Below are positions 56,238 to 64,000 of a stretch of DNA of 64,000 nt, in pieces. The notes beneath the pieces were generated by a model. The model made no database searches and was not told where the DNA came from. It worked only from the letters and a program-made list of their open reading frames with translations. A program made the position numbers and the translations under genes. The stretch's first letter is position 1. Every line of letters begins with the position of its first letter. The stretch is taken from positions 52,070-116,069 of the IMG/VR virus record IMGVR_UViG_3300020185_000014; one strand, given 5' to 3'. This stretch comes from a virus.

Positions 56238-57467
56238 TTAACTTCTGGAAGGTGTATCCCAACCTTTCAGAATATTGGGGGAAAAGTTGTTGTATGAAAA
56301 TTCCATTCTGTCAACAATCTTTACCGCGTCACCACCAAGTTGATCAATAGCGACGAAACCTTCTGCTCCCGTCACTTTAAACCCTCTTTTAGTTTTTACA
56401 AAAGTATCAATATCTTGCAATCTATTCAAGTTATTTATAAGTTTTAATTTCGTTAACACAATCAATTTCTGTAGTTTAAATATTCGCTCTAAGTCTGCCT
56501 TGTTAGCGACGCTAAAGAACGCAAGCAGGTCGTCGAGTTTCTTTTGTTGTGTTGACTTACCCGCATCAGTTTTTCTTTTATCTATTTCTTTCTGATATTT
56601 TTCTTGTATAAATGCAATACAGTTAGCAACTAATTTCTTCTCGTTTTGCGTATGCATGGAAATGCCTTTCCTTACAAGAGAGTTGCTGAATGTCTCGATA
56701 TGTTGAGCCAGCATTTGATTCTGTTCTAGTTGCCTTAGTGCTCCGCCTGATATCTTATTGAATAGAACACCGATTTCAGTCAGCATTTTGTTGACGTCTT
56801 TTGTTTCTTGAGCGGACATAGTTGCTTTTGTTACATCCCGCAACATAGCATCTTGAGACCAGACGGAAGAAACTTTCTTGAGCGCCTTAACGTTAACGCC
56901 ATATGATGCGCGCATAGATTCAAACGTTTTCCCTTTATAGGTTGTGTGCCAAACAATGCCGATCTTCGCTTTGATGACTTCTTGCGCTTGATCATATGGC
57001 ACGGCATAGACGATTGTGTTCGGGTGGAAAGTTACATACCTCTGCCCGTCGATCCGTTTTACCGTTTTATCGCCTGTGCCGAATAGGAAGTCACCCTGTA
57101 TCACATCTTTGATACCGAGTTTACTTAGATGCTTGAGCGCTTCCTTTAGTTTCGCGTTTAGGTCGCCCGAAGTATCTTCATCAATATCAGCATCAGTCTT
57201 ATAGACCTTGGGGTTCTTATTGAAGATACCTTTCTTGGCGACGAAAAATTTACCATCTCTCGGATCGGTTCCTGCAAATACTGCCGGTGCCCCGTCCCAC
57301 TTGACAGACACCTTACCTTCTTTTTTCCCTGCGAGCATATCGCGCAGGTCTCTAAGGGCAAAGATCGCTTGCCTAGTACCATTAACACCGCCATAGAGAA
57401 CCTTATCCTCTATGTGCGTCATATGGGTGTTTTTTTGCTCTGTGATAAAATTTTTAAAATTTTCCAT
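56238..57467 (-). CDS. ATP-dependent ligase-fold nucleotidyltransferase (DUF6267-like)
   Basis: VSVKWDG (KxDG), QGDFLF, AEGFVA, VKIVDR; N-terminus MENFKNFITE. Confidence 0.7.
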   Translation of the reverse strand: MENFKNFITEQKNTHMTHIEDKVLYGGVNGTRQAIFALRDLRDMLAGKKEGKVSVKWDGAPAVFAGTDPRDGKFFVAKKGIFNKNPKVYKTDADIDEDTSGDLNAKLKEALKHLSKLGIKDVIQGDFLFGTGDKTVKRIDGQRYVTFHPNTIVYAVPYDQAQEVIKAKIGIVWHTTYKGKTFESMRASYGVNVKALKKVSSVWSQDAMLRDVTKATMSAQETKDVNKMLTEIGVLFNKISGGALRQLEQNQMLAQHIETFSNSLVRKGISMHTQNEKKLVANCIAFIQEKYQKEIDKRKTDAGKSTQQKKLDDLLAFFSVANKADLERIFKLQKLIVLTKLKLINNLNRLQDIDTFVKTKRGFKVTGAEGFVAIDQLGGDAVKIVDRMEFSYNNFSPNILKGWDTPSRS

Positions 57468-58246
57468 TATACATTATCTATTAAAATAATATCAAAGATT
57501 GCACCAGCGCCGCATGTATTGCCGGACTGCGCCCGAATCTCGATATCTGTTTTTTCTGTAAACCGCAGAGGCACTGTATATTCGTATTCAAACGGAATGC
57601 CGAATGTCCCGAACTGCCCTTTAACGTTGAACGCTCCATTGAATGGTTTCGCCATTAACTTGTATTTGACATCAGTAGATTTATCGACGCTGCATTGCAG
57701 TTTGGTTAGATAACCTGTTTTGCCAGCGGGAACAGTATAGATCGCCATCAATGTTTGCCCGTTGTCGGCGAGTATTTTTGCTGCAACGATACTATCCACA
57801 GTTATTGTGATATCATGTTCGTTAGTATCGGCACCGGTTGGTGGGACAATAACCGACGCTCTGAAGACCCTAATGAACTGAGCAATACTCGACGAACCGA
57901 CTGCTACCGCTTCAACGATTAGGTTGTAGTTCTCGTCGAGACCCTGAATGCTAATAACTGCCCCAGGAGCGTCGCCCGTGACTGCTGCAACGGTGGCGTT
58001 GGTTGGATACGCATATAAGTTAGACCCGTCCCAAATACTTTCGAAACCATTATTGCCGAGGTTTACATTGAACCCAAATTTGTTTATTGCAGAATACCCT
58101 TCAACCAAACCTGCTGCGAGGTTTATATTAACTAGAGACCCGCCGTTGTTAATTATATTGCCGTCTTTATCTGCCGTCATAACAACTTCATAAAGATGAC
58201 GGTTGTTAAGCATTAGTTGTTCTTTATTTTTATCAAATTGTGCCAT
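57467..58246 (-). CDS. Beta-rich hypothetical, probably a virion protein
   Basis: KFGFN, QGLDENY, GQTLMAIYTVPAG, EKTDIE. Confidence 0.6.
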   Translation of the reverse strand: MAQFDKNKEQLMLNNRHLYEVVMTADKDGNIINNGGSLVNINLAAGLVEGYSAINKFGFNVNLGNNGFESIWDGSNLYAYPTNATVAAVTGDAPGAVISIQGLDENYNLIVEAVAVGSSSIAQFIRVFRASVIVPPTGADTNEHDITITVDSIVAAKILADNGQTLMAIYTVPAGKTGYLTKLQCSVDKSTDVKYKLMAKPFNGAFNVKGQFGTFGIPFEYEYTVPLRFTEKTDIEIRAQSGNTCGAGAIFDIILIDNV

Positions 58247-58258
58247 TTTATTATTCTC

Positions 58259-59041
58259 TTATTTGTTGATCGCGAAAGAATACCGCACGATATCTTCAAC
58301 CGTTTTCTCGAACTGATCAAGTTTTATTGTGTTAGGTCCATCGCTCGGCGCGTTATCTGGGTCGTGATGCACTTCCAAAAAGAAGTTTTCTATTCCGAGC
58401 GCACTGCCGCTTCTCGCTAAACCAGAAACATAATCCCTGTTGCCCCCAGAAGCAGATCCTAGTCCTCCTGGTTTTTGTACAGAATGTGTTACGTCAAATA
58501 CAATCGGGTTGTGATAATTTTCCATCATATACTGCATCCCAGTAAAATCAACAACAAGACTGTTATACCCAAAACAGGTTCCTCTCTCTGTTATCCAAAC
58601 ATCTTTGGCGCCAACAGTTTTACTTAGGATGTTCTTAACATCCCATGGGGCGAGGAACTGTCCCTTCTTGATATTAACCACCTTCCCCGTTTGACATGCT
58701 GCTACAACAAGGTCAGTTTGCCTACACAGGAATGCAGGTATTTGCAAAACATCAACTACATCGCCGAACCAATTTGAAATTCTATCAATTTGTTCAACAG
58801 TATGAACGTCTGTTAGAATGTCGACGTTCTGTAAAAATTTGATCATCTTAAGATCCGCCAGCGTCGAATCTAAACCAACTCCGCGTTCACTGTCAGCGCT
58901 CGATCGGTTTGCTTTATCATAACTGGATTTGAAGATATACTCTACGCCATGTAAATCACACACGCGTTTACACTCTTTAGCGATTTCTAGACTCTGGGTG
59001 TATGTTTCATGTTGGCATGGTCCGGCGATTATTCTCATCAA
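58259..59041 (-). CDS. kdsA: KDO-8-phosphate synthase
   Basis: IAGPC, SYDKANRSS, QIPAFLCRQTDL, KKGQF, ERG, DVTHSVQ, PSDG. Confidence 0.95.
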   Translation of the reverse strand: MMRIIAGPCQHETYTQSLEIAKECKRVCDLHGVEYIFKSSYDKANRSSADSERGVGLDSTLADLKMIKFLQNVDILTDVHTVEQIDRISNWFGDVVDVLQIPAFLCRQTDLVVAACQTGKVVNIKKGQFLAPWDVKNILSKTVGAKDVWITERGTCFGYNSLVVDFTGMQYMMENYHNPIVFDVTHSVQKPGGLGSASGGNRDYVSGLARSGSALGIENFFLEVHHDPDNAPSDGPNTIKLDQFEKTVEDIVRYSFAINK

Positions 59042-60030
59042 TTTATTCTCTCGAGTAATATTCTTAAATATTTTGGCCCTTTATCAACTGACGTTGTGCC
59101 CCTGAATTGAAAGTGCACCTTGTAGTTTTTTCTGTTGATCTTAGCATTAAATTTGATGTTTGCGTATTTACGCACCCCTGCTTCGGGATAAACGTATGAA
59201 TCGGTAGATAACCCTGATATAGAAACATCGTTTTTTCTACCAACCTTCTTAACTAAAACATCATCTTCTTTCTTTTTATGTATTATGACGACCTGCTCTC
59301 CTAATGCTTGAGAGAGCACGTCAGTCAAGTTCGCGGAGACCCTTGTGTAGTTTGGTTTTTTTGTCTTACACTGATACTCTTTACCGAACCCGCCCATCAT
59401 GACACCGTCGAACCCAAAGAACTCATTCATCCGGACCTGTAACCTCTTGTCAAGAAAATACTTAAAGATTGAGGCAGACAACGTATAATAACTCTGCGAC
59501 ATCTTAAGAGAAAGGTACATCTTTTTGTTTTGTTTTTTCAGGGTCAAATCAGTCAGTGTCACACCAGTTGAGTTACTGATCAAAACCTTTCTGCCATCAA
59601 ACCTAAGCTCTCTCTTCTGATTCTTGGATCCTTCTGGTATTACTTCCCATGGATCGCTCGGGTCAATCTTAAGCACACGGCACATCTCATTGATCGTGTC
59701 AGAATGCCTAATCTCATTATCTTGCGCGCCGTTGAAAAAGTTTACTAGATCGTTCTCTAATTCTTTTTCAAACTTAACACCGCCTGCTCCTTTCTGAATA
59801 ATTGGTTTGAATATAACGTCACCAATATTAGTGACAGAAAGGACATCAAGTGAACCGGACTTCGACTTCTTGAAGACTGACTCAAACTGAATCTTTTCTT
59901 TCTTAAATAGTTTCTCAACCGATGTCTTCGTTTTAATCCTGTCCCGCGACTTGACGATGAAATCGTTTCTCTTTTTAGTTATGCTCGCTGAAGCGTCTGC
60001 TTTCTTGAGAAGCGATTCCAAGGAAGCCAT
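59038..60030 (-). CDS. Putative PD-(D/E)XK restriction-like nuclease
   Basis: G.KFE, TLTDLTL...YLSLK, FQFR. Confidence 0.5.
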   Translation of the reverse strand: MASLESLLKKADASASITKKRNDFIVKSRDRIKTKTSVEKLFKKEKIQFESVFKKSKSGSLDVLSVTNIGDVIFKPIIQKGAGGVKFEKELENDLVNFFNGAQDNEIRHSDTINEMCRVLKIDPSDPWEVIPEGSKNQKRELRFDGRKVLISNSTGVTLTDLTLKKQNKKMYLSLKMSQSYYTLSASIFKYFLDKRLQVRMNEFFGFDGVMMGGFGKEYQCKTKKPNYTRVSANLTDVLSQALGEQVVIIHKKKEDDVLVKKVGRKNDVSISGLSTDSYVYPEAGVRKYANIKFNAKINRKNYKVHFQFRGTTSVDKGPKYLRILLERIN

Positions 60031-61109
60031 CAGAACTTCACTTGTTTCTTGACAGCAATATCAGGAACCAATCCCATAAAAGAAATCACAGAGCGCACGC
60101 CTTGTTTAAACAACGCTGAAACTTTAGACCATGCTGAAGAAACTGTGTTCTTGATTTTTCGGGCGATCTTCGCAAGGTTTACTTCTGAAATAATTTCTAG
60201 ATCACCATATTCGGTTGATTCGTCCATGGCATCAACGATTAACGAAATCACCGACCAGAAGTTATACTCCCCAGTCTTAACGCCCTTCAGTTTCCTTGAA
60301 GATGTCTTAAACCGTGCTTGTAATCGCATCTTGTCAGCGATACGCTCGCAGTATCCATCATCCTCAACGCTGTGTACCTGAATGCTCTTCCCGTCATGAG
60401 TTGAGACCAGCATAAACTCCGCAGCAGAATTACTATCTTTTCCGTATTTTTGGTATCCGGACATCGCTTCGCGCGCGAATGCGATCTTAAAGTCTCGGTT
60501 GTTTTCGAACAATGTTCCGAGTTCTTGCATCGCCTCTTTATGCGCTTTCTCGCCTTTGTTGACGATTTCGTTTTCGCCTGATTTGATCAGAGGTCTCAAT
60601 TGAGAAGGCGCTAGAGTATTCGTGACGAACCCTTCGATAATATCTCGGGTCTTAATGAACTGGGGATCTTTAACCAATTTTGCGGAAGATGTATTAACCG
60701 CAGAATAGAAAGTTGCAGTTGATTCTGCCTTACCGCCAGACATCAATTGCGCTAATCCAATCTTCAAAGAGATTCTCATATCGCCGATTAAGATATCTGT
60801 TTTTGGTGTGGTATCACTACCACCGTGGGATTTCCAAAACGGAGTCAGCGAGCTTTTCGCTCTGCCGTACTGTTCTGCTTTTTTGCCTTTCAGTTTGGGG
60901 TAATTTTTAAGGAGGAAGGAAGCGACGCGCTTGCCGGTTTCCATAGCAACTGGGTTCGCTTGTATAACTTTAAAGACGCTATCGCTAATGCCCATTTCGG
61001 ACGGGTTTGCTTTTTTGTTTTGAACTTCATAAAACCCAATGACGATTGCTGCTTCATAATCTTCTGCTTTCAGTTTACCTTCAGACAGAAATGATTTAAA
61101 TGTATCCAT
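60030..61109 (-). CDS. Putative PD-(D/E)XK restriction-like nuclease with CTS-like N-terminus
   Basis: MDTFKSFLSE; YE; TPKTDI...ISLK; QLMSG. Confidence 0.6.
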   Translation of the reverse strand: MDTFKSFLSEGKLKAEDYEAAIVIGFYEVQNKKANPSEMGISDSVFKVIQANPVAMETGKRVASFLLKNYPKLKGKKAEQYGRAKSSLTPFWKSHGGSDTTPKTDILIGDMRISLKIGLAQLMSGGKAESTATFYSAVNTSSAKLVKDPQFIKTRDIIEGFVTNTLAPSQLRPLIKSGENEIVNKGEKAHKEAMQELGTLFENNRDFKIAFAREAMSGYQKYGKDSNSAAEFMLVSTHDGKSIQVHSVEDDGYCERIADKMRLQARFKTSSRKLKGVKTGEYNFWSVISLIVDAMDESTEYGDLEIISEVNLAKIARKIKNTVSSAWSKVSALFKQGVRSVISFMGLVPDIAVKKQVKF

Positions 61110-61134
61110 GATCGTTTTCCTAATTCACTGGTTC

Positions 61135-61142
61135 TATTTATA
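61135..61142 (-). promoter_or_regulatory. Late promoter TATAAATA heading the 61.1-52.4 kb gene run
   Basis: Exact match 26 bp upstream of ATG 61109. Confidence 0.75.
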
Positions 61143-61145
61143 TGA

Positions 61146-61343
61146 TTAATATCTCGGATAATCTCCTGTGTCTTCTTCTCTCAAATCAGTAATTCGCTGC
61201 ACGATATCTTGTTTCTTCTTCTCGGAAAAATCATCCCAATCGACAATTTCATCGAGGAAACGATAACACCCGACACAGAATTTACTCCATGTCGGATCTA
61301 GTACGCAAACGCCAACGCAAGGCGATGGGGTTTTACTTTTCAT
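61146..61343 (-). CDS. DUF1289-like Cys-rich (Fe-S) protein
   Basis: SPCVGVC.LD....CVGCYR..DEI..W. Confidence 0.8.
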   Translation of the reverse strand: MKSKTPSPCVGVCVLDPTWSKFCVGCYRFLDEIVDWDDFSEKKKQDIVQRITDLREEDTGDYPRY

Positions 61344-61639
61344 TATCGTACAATGATGCAAAGTTTCCACGCGAATGCGGAAACAATAATAGACATGAAC
61401 GATAAGCGGGGATCGTTCTCATAGATGATTGCGACAGTTGGTATAATTGTGAACTCGTTATAATCTTTCCAACTTTTTTCAAAACCAAACTCGACAGTCT
61501 TATTGCTATACTTCTCTAACAACCTCGTAGCACCTGAGACTATCTTCTTGCTTTTTTCTTTTGACATCATTACCAAGTTTGTTACCGATAACTGTTCCGA
61601 GAACCATTGTCGCATCATTTCCTCCGTCAATTTTTGCAC
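61343..61639 (-). CDS. Hypothetical protein (true start probably near 61520)
   Basis: Fills the gap; the 5' part overlaps the next gene. Confidence 0.4.
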   Translation of the reverse strand: MQKLTEEMMRQWFSEQLSVTNLVMMSKEKSKKIVSGATRLLEKYSNKTVEFGFEKSWKDYNEFTIIPTVAIIYENDPRLSFMSIIVSAFAWKLCIIVR

Positions 61640-61865
61640 CTAAAATACCACCGAGAATTGCGCCAATCGTACCTTCCATTGACCCAAATGTTTTTTCTGA
61701 GTATCCTTCAATGATACCCAATCGCTCTGTCTTTTGACGTTCTTTAACCGTCTCCTTGACGCACACCTGATCGGGAGTGGCGCTCGCATCAAATGCAAAC
61801 AACAAGAGCGCTACTCCTGCTCCGACTTTCAATACCTTCACAACATTTCTCCCATGATTGTCCAA
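61506..61865 (-). CDS. Secreted glycine-zipper protein
   Basis: Signal peptide; GTIGAILGGILG...GTVIGNKLG. Confidence 0.65.
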   Translation of the reverse strand: MDNHGRNVVKVLKVGAGVALLLFAFDASATPDQVCVKETVKERQKTERLGIIEGYSEKTFGSMEGTIGAILGGILGAKIDGGNDATMVLGTVIGNKLGNDVKRKKQEDSLRCYEVVREV

Positions 61866-62143
61866 TTATGAGTTTCGTATTTCCGAGTCGCGAATATGGT
61901 CTTTCGCAATTCTTTGCCTTCACGAAATTCTGCAACTGGAAGACCCTCTTCGTTCTCTCCCATGCTGAACAGGTATTTAGTGGACTCTTGTTGACCTAGT
62001 GCCAATCGTTTCACCAAAGCATAAGTGTCACGTAGATCTCCAAAAAAACTAGAGTGACGGTCGAACGAAACATCTTCATCCGTGCATACACCCATCATTA
62101 TAGTTAAACCCTCTTCCATCATTTCTCCCCTTCTCATCATCAC
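61838..62143 (-). CDS. Hypothetical protein
   Basis: ORF track; coupled to neighbours. Confidence 0.55.
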   Translation of the reverse strand: MMMRRGEMMEEGLTIMMGVCTDEDVSFDRHSSFFGDLRDTYALVKRLALGQQESTKYLFSMGENEEGLPVAEFREGKELRKTIFATRKYETHNWTIMGEML

Positions 62144-62424
62144 TTGATACTCCTGTTGTTAATAAAGTTTACAGCAAACGTTTTTGGGTCTTCGTGATTA
62201 ACTGCTTCCGAATCAATAAATTCGTCAGTGACTTTGTCAGCGACCCTTGATGCCACATCGTCGCGGATTGAGCGAGACTCTTCATCAAATTCATCACCAT
62301 CAAATAACAACCAATCTTGTCCGATCAAGTCAGCGGCGAGCTCGCCTAGAACGAGATCATCTAACTCTGTTATTTCTTGTAAAATAATATCAAACATATC
62401 ATTCATATCCAGTTTAATTTTCAA
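62140..62424 (-). CDS. Acidic hypothetical protein
   Basis: D/E-rich 94-aa ORF. Confidence 0.55.
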   Translation of the reverse strand: MKIKLDMNDMFDIILQEITELDDLVLGELAADLIGQDWLLFDGDEFDEESRSIRDDVASRVADKVTDEFIDSEAVNHEDPKTFAVNFINNRSIK

Positions 62425-62452
62425 ATAGCATACCTTTTGTTATTAAGAAGAA

Positions 62453-62479
62453 GAAAAAATGGGGGACCGAAGTCCCCCT
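62453..62479 (-). terminator. Rho-independent terminator with cUUCGg tetraloop
   Basis: GGGGGAC-TTCG-GTCCCCC-ATTTTTT on the minus strand. Confidence 0.9.
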
Positions 62480-62485
62480 TGGTTT

Positions 62486-62737
62486 TTATACTGCGGACGC
62501 AGCGATTGCTTTGTAACCAGCAGCGACTACAGACTTGGTGGGAGTACCGAGACGGTAGAAACCTTTGGTCTGACCTTTACTGTTGGTTCGATTGTTCAGG
62601 TATACAGGGAAACCTTCGAATCGAATATTTTGAATTACAGCATATGGGTTTTTAGCGCCAAATTGTGCTGTGATTTGCTTTGCGGTCAACTGTCGACCAT
62701 CTACGAGTGCGTTCAATACGCGAGTTGTTTGAGACAT
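62486..62737 (-). CDS. Winged-HTH-like DNA-binding protein
   Basis: MSQTTRVLNAL..G..LTAKQI...FG..NP...I..IR..G...Y.N...YRLG; ggagga RBS. Confidence 0.7.
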   Translation of the reverse strand: MSQTTRVLNALVDGRQLTAKQITAQFGAKNPYAVIQNIRFEGFPVYLNNRTNSKGQTKGFYRLGTPTKSVVAAGYKAIAASAV

Positions 62738-62762
62738 TTCTGTCCTCCATTTCATTTTAAAG

Positions 62763-63242
62763 TTACCAGTACAATTCAAGAAGTTCTTCTTCGAGTCCGT
62801 ATGCCTCTTTCTCCCATGGCAAATCTTTGTATTCCAAAGACTCATCATTTTTGAGCGCCCCGAGACCTAAGTTCAGGGATTTGGCGGTCAGTTCTCGACG
62901 AATATACTGCTTTGCATGTACAAGTTCATGTGCCAGCGTACTGGCGATTTCCCTTACGGTGTAAGGAAATTTCTCTTCTTGCTCGGGATCACAATAATTC
63001 CGAGCAAGACTAATAGCGATTGTTCTAACTTTACCGATTGTCCCGCCATGATTGTATGTACCGAAGTCGACACAATACCCAGCATCATTTCCTTCTAGAT
63101 TAGTTCGCATTTCAATGGCAATAGAGATGTGCCGTTTGATGTCGCGCTTGAAGAAATGGTTGACCACATCACATGCGAATTTCTCCATTCTAGTTTTTTG
63201 GGGAAACCTACCGACAGCAATTACATTAATCATTTTTACCAA
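62763..63242 (-). CDS. HExxH metallopeptidase-like early protein
   Basis: TLAHELVHAKQ...Y...PWEKEA. Confidence 0.75.
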   Translation of the reverse strand: MVKMINVIAVGRFPQKTRMEKFACDVVNHFFKRDIKRHISIAIEMRTNLEGNDAGYCVDFGTYNHGGTIGKVRTIAISLARNYCDPEQEEKFPYTVREIASTLAHELVHAKQYIRRELTAKSLNLGLGALKNDESLEYKDLPWEKEAYGLEEELLELYW

Positions 63243-63261
63243 CTTTCTATATCATGAGACT

Positions 63262-63307
63262 ATTATGACGGATTTTGACCAAAAAGTAAAGTTCCAAGTC
63301 ATTGATT
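63262..63307 (-). promoter_or_regulatory. Early promoter TTTACT-N17-CATAAT
   Basis: Third copy; shares atgagactattatgac with 32812-32827. Confidence 0.75.
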
Positions 63308-63327
63308 TTACAAGGGTTTTTTGTGCC

Positions 63328-63711
63328 CTAATATTGATAAATCGAGTCGATCGAGTTAGCATAGAACCATTCGCCTTTGATATATCCATTGATCAGACGC
63401 TTCGCCTGACGGACTGCAATAACGATATCAGGGTCTTTGTTTTCGCCGAACTCAAGTATCCTATCGATCTCAATGAGCGCCTTCTGGCGTCCCTCAGCGA
63501 TCCTGATGCCGCGTTTACCATCCTTGTGGAACTCTATTTCAAAACTTTTGAGCGTCTCGTTCTCCTGCGCTTCTTCATGATGCCGAGCGAGAATTTCGTT
63601 ACACGTCGCCAAGGAGAGTTTCTTGACCTGTGTGACGCAGGTCTCTTCTAGGATTACTCGCCGGAGTTTTGCCGGAATATCTTTCTGAAATTGGTAAGGT
63701 TTAAATTCCAT
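63328..63711 (-). CDS. Hypothetical protein
   Basis: ORF track; coupled by TAATG overlap. Confidence 0.55.
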   Translation of the reverse strand: MEFKPYQFQKDIPAKLRRVILEETCVTQVKKLSLATCNEILARHHEEAQENETLKSFEIEFHKDGKRGIRIAEGRQKALIEIDRILEFGENKDPDIVIAVRQAKRLINGYIKGEWFYANSIDSIYQY

Positions 63712-64000
63712 TACGCTGCCTCCGCATAATCAATTGCTGTGTTAATCGCTCTAACTTTACGACCGGCGTTGTAACCATACCACGCTGACGATAGGCGAGA
63801 TTCATTGTTACGACCTAACACATGGTCGGTCATATATGTAACCGAGTTGAGAGCATTCCACCATGTCCCTGGAGCGAGATCTGCTCCTGGTTGGGTTTCA
63901 AGTATATCAAACGCTTGCTTCCCGCTCCGCGACAACTCTTCGTACTTCTTGATATCCTTACCTCCGGTGTTAGCGTGAGGGAAGATCGTGTTGAAGTATT
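63711..64000 (-). CDS. DUF932/DUF945-like protein, C-terminal part (start beyond the window)
   Basis: GTWWNALNSVTY..DH...R....W.G. Confidence 0.7.
   Translation of the reverse strand, partial: YFNTIFPHANTGGKDIKKYEELSRSGKQAFDILETQPGADLAPGTWWNALNSVTYMTDHVLGRNNESRLSSAWYGYNAGRKVRAINTAIDYAEAA

Noticed and set aside
63052-63651. 199-aa plus-strand ORF
   Set aside because: Antisense to two plausible genes and crosses an early promoter.
1-64000. Stop-codon reassignment or suppressor tRNA
   Set aside because: Core genes are full-length in the standard code, TAA, TAG and TGA all end genes, and tRNA-Ser(TGA) reads UCA.

Overview
A 64-kb segment of a large T4-like myovirus, probably aquatic or marine, infecting a Gram-negative host (spanins, kdsA and LPS-type glycosyltransferases; no cyanobacterial photosynthesis genes here). 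Most genes are on the minus strand. 1-23 kb: fibre, adhesin and baseplate genes (DUF4815-type giant protein, gp8, gp9-like, gp6, gp25, a gp5 split over several genes, hub, gp53, gp48). 23-27 kb (+): gp4, gp2, gp54, gp26/gp51 with a likely -1 frameshift, and a gp29-like tape measure. 27-33.5 kb: gp32, gp33, nucleotide-sugar dehydrogenase, thyX, three tRNAs and a candidate ncRNA. 33.5-41.4 kb: glycosyltransferase island. 41.6-47 kb: endolysin, class II RNR, spanins, Smr. 47-61 kb: late genes, several starting with a T4 capsid-targeting-like F-x-x-F-x-x-E sequence; these include a ligase-fold protein next to an HxGH nucleotidyltransferase, restriction-like nucleases and Lys-rich putative polyproteins, with kdsA among them. 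61-64 kb: small early genes. The best candidate for an undescribed system is this putative virion-packaged, injected enzyme set. All family calls come from motif recognition and synteny; no database search was run.
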